64,000 nucleotides of DNA from Prevotella sp. (GTDB taxonomy: Bacteria > Bacteroidota > Bacteroidia > Bacteroidales > Muribaculaceae): the NCBI GenBank assembly GCA_023666665.1, contig JAMPBN010000001.1:521642-585641 (forward strand), written 5' to 3'. The first letter of the stretch is position 1. Each line of letters starts with the position of its first letter. The notes under the pieces are model-generated. The model had not been told where the DNA came from, did no database searches, and worked only from the letters and a program-made list of their open reading frames with translations. This document shows positions 9,611 through 19,449 of the stretch, piece after piece. The translations under genes were made by a program, and so were the position numbers.

Positions 9611-11263
9611 TTACAGGAAGGCGAGGACGAGGACTTGGGCGGCGACTACGCGCAGGAACATTGTCAGCGGGTAGACCGTGGAGTAGGCCACTGCGGCAGC
9701 ATCGTTTTGAGTTGAACCGGTGGCATAGCTGAGTGCCGGCGGGTCAGTGTATGAGCCTGACATAAGGCCCATAATGTGCAGGAAGTTGATTTTATAAACC
9801 TTGCGGGCAATGATGCCGACTATTATCAGCGGAATAAAGGTGATAATGAAGCCCCAAATAACCCACCACATACCGGTGAGGTTAAACGTAGTTGCCACAA
9901 AGTTCTGTCCGGCGGCAATGCCCACCGACGCCAGGAACAGGCATATGCCCAATTCTCGCATAAGCAGGGCGGCAGATGTTGATGTGTAAGTGACGAGTTT
10001 CGCTTTATAGCCAAAGCGCGACAGAAGAATGGCAACAATCAGCGGTCCGCCGGCCAAGCCGAGTTTCATACCGTAGCCGAGGTCAATGGAGCCGAGGATT
10101 ATGCCGAGCATAATGCCGATGAAAATGGTGATGAGGTTTGGCTCGTTGAGTCGGCGCATGGAGTTGCCGAGCTTGTCGGCAAGGCGGTCAATATCGTTGA
10201 GTTCGCCGACTACGGTAAGACGGTCGCCCATCTGCAAACGCAACCCGGCGGAGGCGAGAAGATCCACGCCACCGCGATTCACGCGCGTGGCGTTGAGCTG
10301 ATAAGCGCTATGGAGGTGGAGCTGTCCGAGGGTCACGCCGTTATACTTGGGTTGGGTCAGCACAATGCGGCGGCTTACTACCTGGGCTGCCGTTGAGCAG
10401 TCTTCCCACTCCATATCTATCTGCGGGCCGAGAATCGCGGAGAATGCACATTCGTCGGTGCAGCTCATTATTACTTTAACTTTGTCGCCGACGTGAACCT
10501 TGGTCTGCGAAGTCGGAACGATGACTTCGCCGTAGGCGTTAAGCAAGCGGGAGATTACAAAGTCGCAGTGAATCACGTCGTGGAGTTGCACCAGCGTCAT
10601 ACCGTTGATGCGCTCGTTGGCAATCTCAAAGGTTACCATCGCCGGGGCGTGTTGCTCGGCGGCTGCGGCATCTTCGAGTTTCTTTATTTCATTGTTGATG
10701 TTGATTTTAAAGCACTTTTTGAGTGTCAACATTGCGGCGATGATGCCGACAACGCCCAAAGGATATGCGGCGGCATAGCCCATGGCCATGGTGTCTGCCA
10801 TATCGGGGGCGGCCTGTTGTGCGGCGGCGAGTCCGGGGGTGTTGGTTACCGCACCGCTCATCACGCCGACAATTGCCGCCGGAGATGTGAAATCCTTGTT
10901 CAGCAAATAGATTATACACGCAATGGCTACGTTGAGCACCACAATCCCCACGGCAAGCATATTTAGCGTTATGCCCCCTTTTTTGAACGAGGAGAAGAAT
11001 GCCGGCCCTACTTGCAGACCGATTGCGAATATAAACAGTATCAATCCGAATTCGCGGATGAATTTAAGAACTTCGCCGTCAACTATGTAGCCGAAGTGAC
11101 CCATAACTATGCCGACAAACAATACGAAGGTAACGCCGAGCGATACTCCGCCAATGCGGATTTTGCCGAGATAGATACCCGCTGCGATTACAAACGAGTA
11201 AAGCACCAGTGTCGCGGCAAGCGACGTGTTTCCGGGCGATAAAAGAGCTGTGATTATGTCCAT
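9611..11263 (-). CDS. YidE/YbjL (AspT/AAEx) family putative transporter with duplicated membrane domains and central TrkA-C-like domains.
   Basis: 550 aa with two hydrophobic repeat halves flanking a soluble region (...VTFEIANERINGMTLVQL... / ...IVLTQPKYNGVTLGQL...). This architecture is typical of YidE/YbjL. Confidence 0.75.
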   Translation of the reverse strand: MDIITALLSPGNTSLAATLVLYSFVIAAGIYLGKIRIGGVSLGVTFVLFVGIVMGHFGYIVDGEVLKFIREFGLILFIFAIGLQVGPAFFSSFKKGGITLNMLAVGIVVLNVAIACIIYLLNKDFTSPAAIVGVMSGAVTNTPGLAAAQQAAPDMADTMAMGYAAAYPLGVVGIIAAMLTLKKCFKININNEIKKLEDAAAAEQHAPAMVTFEIANERINGMTLVQLHDVIHCDFVISRLLNAYGEVIVPTSQTKVHVGDKVKVIMSCTDECAFSAILGPQIDMEWEDCSTAAQVVSRRIVLTQPKYNGVTLGQLHLHSAYQLNATRVNRGGVDLLASAGLRLQMGDRLTVVGELNDIDRLADKLGNSMRRLNEPNLITIFIGIMLGIILGSIDLGYGMKLGLAGGPLIVAILLSRFGYKAKLVTYTSTSAALLMRELGICLFLASVGIAAGQNFVATTFNLTGMWWVIWGFIITFIPLIIVGIIARKVYKINFLHIMGLMSGSYTDPPALSYATGSTQNDAAAVAYSTVYPLTMFLRVVAAQVLVLAFL

Positions 11264-13215
11264 TGCTGTTTGATTTCTTCAAGTTCCATAGATGCGAGTT
11301 CCCATACGCTCATTGCGTTGTCGAGCTTCTTGCCAAGGGCGGCGTGGCGGTCGTAAACGTCGGGACTCTGCGGGCTGCCGGAGGCCAATTCGGCCTCAAG
11401 GGCAGCAATTTCAGCCTCTATTGCCGCTATGCCGGCCTCGGCTTCTTTTACGCGCTTTTCGGCGCGATTAATTGCGCGGTCGCGCTCCTTCTTCTCCTCG
11501 TAGCTGAGCTTGCGTGAAGATTTATCTTCACTCTTAACCTGAACCCCTTCACCTTTCACCTTTCCATCTTCCCCCTTCACCTTATTCCGCTCCAGCTCCT
11601 GAAGTGAAGCGATTTTTTTCTTCTCAAGAAATTCGTAAATGCCTCCAAGACACTCGCGCACCTTGCCGCCGCCAAATTCGTAGACTTTCTCCACCAGGCC
11701 GTCGAGAAACTCGCGGTCGTGGCTCACCACGATGACCGTGCCGTCAAAGTCCTTGATGGCTTGTTTGAGAATATCTTTGGTGGCCATGTCGAGGTGGTTG
11801 GTAGGCTCGTCGAGAATCAGCAGATTCACCGGTTCGAGCAGCAGACGTATCATTGCCAGGCGGGTCTTTTCGCCGCCGCTGAGTACCTTGACTTTTTTGT
11901 CTGAAGCCTCGCCGCCAAACATAAATGCGCCGAGAATGTCGCGGATTTTGGTGCGTATGTCGCCCACGGCCACGCGGTCAATGGTGTCAAACACCGTCAG
12001 GTCTTCGTCGAGCAGCTGTGCCTGATTCTGAGCAAAATATCCGATTTTTACGTTGTGGCCTATTTTCAGAGTCCCATCAAAGGGGATTTCGTGCATAATG
12101 CACTTTACGAGCGTGGACTTGCCCTCGCCGTTTTTGCCCACGAAAGCAACCTTTTCGCCGCGCTTAATGGTGAAAGTGGCATCGGCAAAGACCTGATGGT
12201 CGCCGTAGCGCTTGCCTAAGGCATCGGCAATCACCGGATAGTCGCCCGAGCGGGGAGCCGGAGGAAAGCGCAGGTTCAGGTGAGAGGTGTCTACCTCGTC
12301 GACCTCAATGCGCTCAATCTTGGCAAGCTGCTTCATGCGGCTCTGCACCTGTACGGCCTTGGTGGCCTTATAGCGGAAGCGCTCAATGAACTCTTCGGTG
12401 TCGGCAATCTGCTTTTGCTGGTTTTGATATGCACGCATCTGTTGCTCAATGCGTTCGCGGTGAAGAACCACGTATTTTGAATAGTTGACGTTATAGTCGT
12501 AGATTTTGCCGAGCGAAATCTCTATGGTGCGGTTTGTAACGTTGTCAATGAATGCGCGGTCGTGGCTCACCAGCACCACTGCTCCGGCCTTGGCTACTAG
12601 GAAGTTTTCCAACCATTGTATAGACTCGATGTCAAGGTGGTTAGTGGGCTCGTCAAGCAGCAAAACGTCGGGGCGTTGAAGCAGAATCTTGGCCAGTTCG
12701 ATGCGCATACGCCAGCCGCCGCTGAACTCACACGTGGGGCGGTCAAAGTCGCTGCGGTTAAAGCCGAGGCCGATAAGAGTCTTTTCAATTTCCGCCTCTC
12801 CCCCTGAACCGTCTTCCATAGCCAGGCGTTCGGTCAGGGCGCTCATCCGCTCAATCAGTTCGGCGTAAGCCTCTGACTCATAGTCGGTGCGTTCGGCGAG
12901 TTCGGCGTTAAGGGCATCGAGCATCTGCTGCATCTCCTTGAGATGGCCAAAGGCTTTGCGAGCTTCGTCGACTACGGAGCAAGTGTCTTCGGTAGTCATA
13001 TGCTGCGGCAAATATCCGATGGTGATGCCCGACGGTACGTCAACACTGCCTGATGTGGGACGCTGAAGTCCGGCAATGATTTTGAGCATCGTCGACTTTC
13101 CGGCACCGTTTTTGCCCACCAAGGCAATGCGGTCGCGTCGGTTAATGACGTAGTTGATATTGTCGAGCAGCGTCTTGGCGCTGAATTCCACCGATAAGTT
13201 CCTAATCGCAATCAT
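11254..13215 (-). CDS. ABC-F family ATPase with two ABC domains and no transmembrane domain (EttA/Uup/YheS-like translation factor).
   Basis: Two Walker A motifs (GKNGAGKST, GKNGEGKST), two LSGG signatures, and a charged coiled-coil C-terminal tail. Confidence 0.9.
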   Translation of the reverse strand: MIAIRNLSVEFSAKTLLDNINYVINRRDRIALVGKNGAGKSTMLKIIAGLQRPTSGSVDVPSGITIGYLPQHMTTEDTCSVVDEARKAFGHLKEMQQMLDALNAELAERTDYESEAYAELIERMSALTERLAMEDGSGGEAEIEKTLIGLGFNRSDFDRPTCEFSGGWRMRIELAKILLQRPDVLLLDEPTNHLDIESIQWLENFLVAKAGAVVLVSHDRAFIDNVTNRTIEISLGKIYDYNVNYSKYVVLHRERIEQQMRAYQNQQKQIADTEEFIERFRYKATKAVQVQSRMKQLAKIERIEVDEVDTSHLNLRFPPAPRSGDYPVIADALGKRYGDHQVFADATFTIKRGEKVAFVGKNGEGKSTLVKCIMHEIPFDGTLKIGHNVKIGYFAQNQAQLLDEDLTVFDTIDRVAVGDIRTKIRDILGAFMFGGEASDKKVKVLSGGEKTRLAMIRLLLEPVNLLILDEPTNHLDMATKDILKQAIKDFDGTVIVVSHDREFLDGLVEKVYEFGGGKVRECLGGIYEFLEKKKIASLQELERNKVKGEDGKVKGEGVQVKSEDKSSRKLSYEEKKERDRAINRAEKRVKEAEAGIAAIEAEIAALEAELASGSPQSPDVYDRHAALGKKLDNAMSVWELASMELEEIKQQWT

Positions 13216-13253
13216 TACGGCGGCAAAGTTACGGAAAAATCCGCAATTTTGCG

Positions 13254-14915
13254 CTATTTGGAAGTAAGGATTTGGGAATATTCGGGGCTTGACAGTATGG
13301 CGACAGCTTGATTCAGCGGCTCGTTAAACGGCAGCTCTGCGGCAAGGGCGGCCCGGCGGAATCCGTAGCGCGGCACTATGGCATCTATCAGCAGATATTC
13401 AAGTTGACGACGGTTGAGTTCGAGGTCGTCTGAAAGGTCGCGGCGCAGCAGGGCTTCGAGGTTGTTGACCTCGGCGGCCACGGTGTCTGTCAGGTAGCCC
13501 TCGCTTTCAAGGCTCTCGCGCAAGGTTTTGAGAAATGCCTCGTAGGCTTTGTCATATTTGAACTCTGCGGGGTCAAGGAACGCCTTAAATTCGGCAAAGG
13601 TGGAGTCTGAAACGGTGAATTCCCCGGGGTTGCCAATCGAGGGATGTTCGGCAGTGAATTTATTGGCAAAGTCAATGTCCCAGCCCTCGGCGCGTACGGT
13701 ATAGAGCAAGCGGTTGTTTTTTATTGGGGCGACTTTGCGGTCGGGGGTTATGCCGCCGCCGTCGCGCACCTCGCGGCCGTGGATTGTGCGGTATGCGGTT
13801 GTCAGGCTGTCGGGCGTGCGAGCTACAGAGCCGTCGGGGTTGCGGCGGCTGTAGTCAATGGCTTGAATCAGGCGCCCGGAGGGAATGTAGTATTTTGCCG
13901 TGGTGATTTTAACGGCTCCGTCGTAAGGGAGGCGGCGCGACTGCTGCACAAGTCCCTTGCCGTAGGAGCGTTCGCCAACAATGACGGCGCGGTCAAGGTC
14001 TTGAAGAGCGCCAGCAACGATTTCGGCGGAGCTTGCCGAGCCGCCGTCAATCAAGACGGCCAGGGGCAGATTTTTGGCTATGGGCTTACGGGTGGTCTTG
14101 TAGATACGTTCATCCTTGGGGTTGCGCCCTCGGGTGCGCACCACTTCCGTGCCCTTGTCAACGAACAGGCCGACTATTTCAACGGCGCTTTCGAGCAGTC
14201 CGCCCGGGTTGCCCTGAAGATCGAGAACCAGGGAGGTTATCCCTTGGTCAAGCAGCGATTTGATTGCATCGCCAACAGCCTGCGGAGCTTTTTCGGTAAA
14301 AGAGGTGAGTTGAATGTAACCGACGTTTTTCTGCGGCCCGGTAACGCCGAAATAGGGTACTTCGGGATTGTGGATTTTTTCACGCTCAATGGTCAGAGAG
14401 AGCAGTGAGTCAGGGGTATATGGGCGCATAACCTTGACCTCAATCGAGGTGCCGGCTGTGCCGCGCAGGCGTTCGCTTACCTGGCTGACGGTGAAATCTT
14501 TGGTGATGAGGGTGGTGTCGATCTGCAGAATAACGTCGCCGGCGCGCACTCCCGCTTTCCATGACGGGGTGTTCTCATACGGCTCGGAGAAGCGCACACG
14601 GCCGTCGCGCCCCTTGTTGATTACCGACCCCACGCCGCCATATTCTCCGGTTGAGAGCTGAATGAGGTCTTCGGCATCCTCGCTCGAGTAATATTCGGTG
14701 TATGGGTCAATCTCGTCGAGCATATAGAAGATTGCCGTGTTGATGGCCTTGTTGGCATCGAGGGTGTCAACGTAGTTGAGCTGCACTTCGCGAAACAGCG
14801 AGTTGAAAATGTCGAGCGAGCGGGAAATATCGGTCTTGGGGCTGCGTGTTTCTGCCATAACGCCGCCAACAATGGCTGCCGACGCAAGCAGAGGTATGAG
14901 TGTACGCTTTGTCAT
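13254..14915 (-). CDS. ctpA: S41 family C-terminal processing peptidase (tail-specific protease, Ctp/Prc-like).
   Basis: Signal peptide, a PDZ-like region, and GNPGG...IDGGSASSAEIVAGALQD...GERSYGKG (S41 catalytic Ser/Lys region). Confidence 0.9.
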   Translation of the reverse strand: MTKRTLIPLLASAAIVGGVMAETRSPKTDISRSLDIFNSLFREVQLNYVDTLDANKAINTAIFYMLDEIDPYTEYYSSEDAEDLIQLSTGEYGGVGSVINKGRDGRVRFSEPYENTPSWKAGVRAGDVILQIDTTLITKDFTVSQVSERLRGTAGTSIEVKVMRPYTPDSLLSLTIEREKIHNPEVPYFGVTGPQKNVGYIQLTSFTEKAPQAVGDAIKSLLDQGITSLVLDLQGNPGGLLESAVEIVGLFVDKGTEVVRTRGRNPKDERIYKTTRKPIAKNLPLAVLIDGGSASSAEIVAGALQDLDRAVIVGERSYGKGLVQQSRRLPYDGAVKITTAKYYIPSGRLIQAIDYSRRNPDGSVARTPDSLTTAYRTIHGREVRDGGGITPDRKVAPIKNNRLLYTVRAEGWDIDFANKFTAEHPSIGNPGEFTVSDSTFAEFKAFLDPAEFKYDKAYEAFLKTLRESLESEGYLTDTVAAEVNNLEALLRRDLSDDLELNRRQLEYLLIDAIVPRYGFRRAALAAELPFNEPLNQAVAILSSPEYSQILTSK

Positions 14916-16312
14916 AGTTCAATGGTTATGGGGTTTGAGGGAAGCGACTCGCGGTTTGCGCGGTCGAGGGCGGTGACTACGTAGACTCCGCTCAGCGGGG
15001 CGGGAAACTCCGGTGTAAATGTAACGCCCGCAATGGCTTCGGGGTTTTCAATGTTGATTTTTTCGCCGGGATTGAAGCGGTAAACCACCCATTTGCGGGC
15101 ATTTTTGTCACCCTCCCAGCGCAGTCGGTCATCTTTGAAACGCAAATGCAGGGGCTTGGAGGCGGGAGCAACCGATTTCCAGGGATATTCCGGCACGAGC
15201 GCGGTGGTGGTGTAGTAGCGTTCGCGCAGTTGGGGAGCAAGGCCGGGGAGCGATGCTGCATACCACCAGCAGTGGCCGTCCATTGCGTCGGAGAGTTTCA
15301 TCTTCTTGTCGAGTTCGTCGAATTTCAGGATGTTTTCGGCATCCTCGCCAATGTAGACGTGACGGCCAAAACCGTTCTTCTCCCACCATGGAGCCAGTAC
15401 CGAATAAGGCGCGGACTTATGTTCCATTTGCCAGTAGAGCTGCGGAATCTGATAGTCAATCCATCCTTTTTTTGCCCAAAGTGGCACGTCGGCATAGAGA
15501 TCGTCGTAGTTGGAGAGTCCTCGGGTGGTGCTGCCGCGCTTGGGGTCGGCTGAGGCGTTGCGCCAGATGCCGAAGGGGCTGATACCGAATCGAATCCATG
15601 GTTTTACGGAGTCAAGGGTGGCGTGAACCTGCTCAATGAGCAAGTCAACGTTGTGTCGCCGCCACGCCGGCAGCGAAAGCGAGGTTTTGGCTGCGGCATA
15701 GTCTTTTGAGTCGGGAAACTTCGCTTTCGGTACCGGGTAGGGGTAGAAATAGTCGTCGAAGTGTATGCCGTCAATGTCGTAGTGCTCGGCTATATCCTTG
15801 ACCACGCGGCAGATAAGGTCGCGGTTGGCTTGCTGCGCGGGATTGAAGTAGTAGCCGTCGCCATATTTCAGGAAGCGCTCGGGGTTTGTTTTGAGCAGGT
15901 CGTTGTCCGGTAGGGTGGGGTATTCGTCAACCTTAGCGGCGCGATAGGGGTTGAGCCAGGCGTGAAGTTCCATGCCGCGGGCGTGTGCCTGCTCAATCAT
16001 AAAATCCAGCGGGTCCCACTCGGGGTTGGGAGCCTTGCCCACTTCGCCGGAAATGAAGCGGCTCCACGGCTCTATGTCGCTGCGATACAGCGCGTCGGCC
16101 CGCGGACGCACCTGGAAAATCACCGCATTGATGCCCGCAGCCTGCAGCGAGTCGAGCAAGCCGGTTAGATACTGCTGATTTTCGGCGGTTGTGCGCTTGT
16201 CGTAGCCTTGATAGATGGTTTGAATCCACGCGCCGCGAAAGTCGTGCTTTTTGGCAGCAGGTGAGATCAGAGATATGAGATAAATCAGAGAAAACAGCAG
16301 GAGGCGCTTCAT
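14912..16312 (-). CDS. Glycoside hydrolase-like family 10 (GHL10/YngK-like, DUF4015) secreted protein.
   Basis: Signal peptide plus HDFRGAWIQTI...GINAVIFQVRP...GMELHAWLNPYR...GIHFDDYFYPYP, the pattern of the GHL10 TIM-barrel family. Confidence 0.7.
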   Translation of the reverse strand: MKRLLLFSLIYLISLISPAAKKHDFRGAWIQTIYQGYDKRTTAENQQYLTGLLDSLQAAGINAVIFQVRPRADALYRSDIEPWSRFISGEVGKAPNPEWDPLDFMIEQAHARGMELHAWLNPYRAAKVDEYPTLPDNDLLKTNPERFLKYGDGYYFNPAQQANRDLICRVVKDIAEHYDIDGIHFDDYFYPYPVPKAKFPDSKDYAAAKTSLSLPAWRRHNVDLLIEQVHATLDSVKPWIRFGISPFGIWRNASADPKRGSTTRGLSNYDDLYADVPLWAKKGWIDYQIPQLYWQMEHKSAPYSVLAPWWEKNGFGRHVYIGEDAENILKFDELDKKMKLSDAMDGHCWWYAASLPGLAPQLRERYYTTTALVPEYPWKSVAPASKPLHLRFKDDRLRWEGDKNARKWVVYRFNPGEKINIENPEAIAGVTFTPEFPAPLSGVYVVTALDRANRESLPSNPITIEL

Positions 16313-17910
16313 CAGATAGCAAAGATTGACTTGTATTGTTCGAGCAGAGCCTTGAAGCGGGCATTGTCGCGCAGCGGAGCAACGTTTATGCGCGCAGAGT
16401 TATTGTCGGTCCAGTTATAGTAGTTGGCATAACCGGCTTTCAGCGCTTTTTCGGCGCAGTCGAGTGCCTTGTCGGTGCGTCCGGCCCAGGCGTAGAAACA
16501 AGCACCGTAGTAGTGATTTTTGCCGTCATAGTCAGGTTCGGCAAGAATTGCATCCATCCAGGCGGTAGCGCGGGGTGTCAGTCCGGCAAAGAGCTGCGCG
16601 AATCCGAGCATTGAGCCGACGAGTTCGCTATGGTCGAGTTCGAGGTCTATTACGCGGTTGTATAGATTCTTTGCGGCTGTGGGCTGGTTGAGGAAGTCGT
16701 TGAGTACCCAGGCACGCAGCATATACGGCATCGGCTCGTAGGGATTGCTCATAATGATTTCGCCGAGCAACGCCGAAGCATCGTCATACTTCTTTAAATC
16801 AACGAGTATGAGCGATTTTTCGGTCAGAGCGTCAACGTCGTCCTGATTGAAGTCAATGGCGCGGTCAATGGCGGTCAAAGCCTTGTCGGTCTGCCCCATA
16901 GCGCGGAGAATTGTGGCGTAGACGGTGAAATAGTGGCTAACATCGTCGGTTTGTGCGTCGTAGTTGGCAAGAGCCTGCTCGGAGTTGTCGAGAGCCATAG
17001 CATATTTGCCAAGAGCAAAGTAACATTCTGCCAACGAACAATATAACCCGGCATAGTCGTAGAGCTTCTCCTTTATGATGTAGTTAAAGTCGTCGATGGC
17101 GGCGCCGTAGTGGAAGTGGGCGGCGGCGATTGATGCGCGCAGATAGTAATAGAGCGGGTTGCGCGGAGCCTGGCGAATAGCGCCGGTGAGTCCGGTGATT
17201 ACGGCGGAGTAGTTGCTGTCGGCGAGTCGTACCAACTCGGGGAGTGCGTCGGGGTCGTTGGCATCGGTTGCCATTGCGAGCAGCAGGTCATCGACCGCGC
17301 CGTTATAGTCGCCGATGAGTTTCTTGACGTTGGTGCGGCGCACGTAGACCACGCTGCTGTTGGGCGTGAGGTTCACGGCCTGGTCCATATAATCGGTGGC
17401 GGTGCCGATGTTCTGCTGCTTTGCGGCCACGGTGGCGAGGCCAAATAGTGCGTCGGTGCTGCGCGGCTGCAGGCGGAGCAGCTTGTTGTAGTCGGCTTTT
17501 GCCGCGTCATACTTGCCGAGTTCCAACTCGATGCGTCCGCGCAACGCAATCATCGGCGCGGAAGTGGGGTCGAGTTTCAGCGCCTCGTCGGCCTCGGGCA
17601 GGGCGCGGGAGTAGCGCTTGAGCTGCACGTAGCATTCCGAGCGCAGCGCATAGATGGCAAACCGCGAGTCAGAGTCGGACTCCGGGCAGTATTTCAGCGC
17701 GGAGTCAAGGTCGTCCATCGCCTTGAGATAGTCTCCGGAGTTGTAATATGTGTTGGCGCGGCGAAACAGCGTTTCGTAGTCTTTGTAGTTTTCGCGCAGC
17801 ATATCGGAGTAGGCCTGCATTATGACACGGTTGAAGTCGGCCTGAGTCTGGGCGGAAATGCCAAGGCCGATAAACAGCGTGGCGGCTATGTATAAGAGTC
17901 TGCGTTTCAT
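16312..17910 (-). CDS. Tetratricopeptide-repeat (TPR) protein, secreted/periplasmic.
   Basis: Signal peptide and many degenerate 34-aa TPR units (...YYNSGDYLKAMDDLDSALKY..., ...ALANYDAQ...). It overlaps its neighbours by 1-4 bp. Confidence 0.8.
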   Translation of the reverse strand: MKRRLLYIAATLFIGLGISAQTQADFNRVIMQAYSDMLRENYKDYETLFRRANTYYNSGDYLKAMDDLDSALKYCPESDSDSRFAIYALRSECYVQLKRYSRALPEADEALKLDPTSAPMIALRGRIELELGKYDAAKADYNKLLRLQPRSTDALFGLATVAAKQQNIGTATDYMDQAVNLTPNSSVVYVRRTNVKKLIGDYNGAVDDLLLAMATDANDPDALPELVRLADSNYSAVITGLTGAIRQAPRNPLYYYLRASIAAAHFHYGAAIDDFNYIIKEKLYDYAGLYCSLAECYFALGKYAMALDNSEQALANYDAQTDDVSHYFTVYATILRAMGQTDKALTAIDRAIDFNQDDVDALTEKSLILVDLKKYDDASALLGEIIMSNPYEPMPYMLRAWVLNDFLNQPTAAKNLYNRVIDLELDHSELVGSMLGFAQLFAGLTPRATAWMDAILAEPDYDGKNHYYGACFYAWAGRTDKALDCAEKALKAGYANYYNWTDNNSARINVAPLRDNARFKALLEQYKSIFAI

Positions 17911-18719
17911 TGCGATATGGCGTTGATAGCTTGTTTTAGTACGGTGAGTCGGCGCAGCATACCTTCGAGCAGGTCTAATCTGAGCATATTTGCGCCGTCG
18001 CTCTTGGCGGTTTGCGGGGTGGGGTGAGTTTCGAGGAAAAGACCGTCGGCTCCGGCAGCGATGCCGCAGCGGGCAATGGTTTCAATGAGGTCGGGTCGTC
18101 CGCCGGTGACTCCGGCGCTCTGGTTGGGTTGTTGCAGGGAGTGCGTGCAGTCAAGCACCACCGGGGCATATCCGCGCATCGTGGGGATGCCGCGATAGTC
18201 AACCAGCAGGTCCTGATAGCCGAACGAGGTGCCGCGCTCGGTGAGGAGTACCTGATCGTTGCCGGCGTCCTTGACCTTTTCAACGGCATATTTCATTGAT
18301 TCGGGCGAGAGAAACTGCCCCTTCTTGATATTGACGCATTTTCCGGTCTTGGCGGCGGCCACGAGCAGGTCGGTCTGGCGGCAGAGAAATGCCGGAATCT
18401 GAAGAATGTCAACAAATTCTGCGGCTGTGGCAGCCTCTGAGGGGGTATGGATGTCGGTTACCACCGGTATGCCGAACTCGCGGCCCACTTTGCGCAGAAT
18501 TTGCAACGCTTCGATGTCGCCGATGCCGGTAAAGGAGTCAAGGCGTGAGCGGTTGGCTTTGCGGTAGCTGCCTTTAAATACGTACGGTATGCCCAGTTCG
18601 GCGCAAATGGGGGCGATTGTTCCGGCTATGTCCATAGCCATCTGTTCGCCCTCGATTACGCACGGGCCGGCAAGGAGAAAGAAGTTATTTTCGGGTGATG
18701 AACTTAAATATTCGAGCAT
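17907..18719 (-). CDS. kdsA: 3-deoxy-8-phosphooctulonate (KDO-8-P) synthase.
   Basis: LLAGPCVIEGE...IPYVFKGSYRKANRS...LDCTHSLQ...AGADGLFLETHP, the full KdsA signature. Confidence 0.9.
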   Translation of the reverse strand: MLEYLSSSPENNFFLLAGPCVIEGEQMAMDIAGTIAPICAELGIPYVFKGSYRKANRSRLDSFTGIGDIEALQILRKVGREFGIPVVTDIHTPSEAATAAEFVDILQIPAFLCRQTDLLVAAAKTGKCVNIKKGQFLSPESMKYAVEKVKDAGNDQVLLTERGTSFGYQDLLVDYRGIPTMRGYAPVVLDCTHSLQQPNQSAGVTGGRPDLIETIARCGIAAGADGLFLETHPTPQTAKSDGANMLRLDLLEGMLRRLTVLKQAINAISQ

Positions 18720-18729
18720 TTGGAGGCAA

Positions 18730-19449
18730 TTAGTAATTAGTAATTAGCAATTGATTGACAATGTGTATCGTTGAGGCGGCATAGAGGGCGGCGGTTTCGG
18801 TGCGCAAGCGGTTGTCGCCGAGCGTCACGGGGACGAAGCCGTGGCTCAGCGCCAGGTCAACTTCCTCGGGGCTGAAATCCCCCTCCGGGCCGATGAGTAT
18901 AATCGCATCAGCGCCGGGTTTTATCTCCCGGGCAAGGGTGCGTCGCTCAATGTTTTTGTCGCAGTAGCAAATAAAGCGTTGTTCCGCAGTGCATTCCTTG
19001 ATAAGGCGTTTCACCGGGGTCATCTCGTCAATTTCCGGTAGAACGGCCTTGAGGCTCTGCTTCATTGCCGACACGGCGATTTTTTCCAGGCGCTCGGTTT
19101 TGAGTTCGCGGCGCTCCGAGCGGTCGCAGAGTAGGGGAATTAGGCGATTTACGCCGACTTCCGTGAGCTTTTCCGTGAGCCACTCCATACGGTCGAGGTG
19201 CTTGGTGGGGGCTACGCCTATGGTCAGGTCGTAGCTCCATGGGAGCGGCTGAGTGCGCTTCTCTATTATTTGCACCATTGCGTGCTTGCGGTTCGCATCG
19301 AGCAGACGGCACGTAAACGCGTGGCCTTTGCCGTCGATAACTTCCAGTTGCTCACCGGGCTGCATACGCAGCACTTTGACGCAGTGGAGCGAATCCCCTT
19401 CGGGAAGCACCGGGTTGCTCTCTATGTCGGGGGCGTAAAACTGAATCAA
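18730..19449 (-). CDS. rsmE: 16S rRNA (uracil1498-N3)-methyltransferase RsmE.
   Basis: (L)IQFYAPDIE...HCVKVLRMQPGEQLEVIDGKG...IGPEGDFSPEEV..., the RsmE pattern. The start was set to a TTG at 19449 whose TG overlaps the TGA stop of the upstream permease (TTGA). The longer ORF to 19542 would overlap that gene by 97 bp. Confidence 0.75.
   Translation of the reverse strand: MIQFYAPDIESNPVLPEGDSLHCVKVLRMQPGEQLEVIDGKGHAFTCRLLDANRKHAMVQIIEKRTQPLPWSYDLTIGVAPTKHLDRMEWLTEKLTEVGVNRLIPLLCDRSERRELKTERLEKIAVSAMKQSLKAVLPEIDEMTPVKRLIKECTAEQRFICYCDKNIERRTLAREIKPGADAIILIGPEGDFSPEEVDLALSHGFVPVTLGDNRLRTETAALYAASTIHIVNQLLITNY

Noticed and set aside
11515-11600. Low-complexity DNA stretch (ttcacctttcacctttccatcttcccccttcacctt) that could be mistaken for a repeat element.
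   Set aside because: It lies in frame within the ABC-F gene and encodes the charged KVKGEDGKVKGEGVQVK linker before the C-terminal coiled coil. It is a coding low-complexity region, not a mobile or regulatory repeat.
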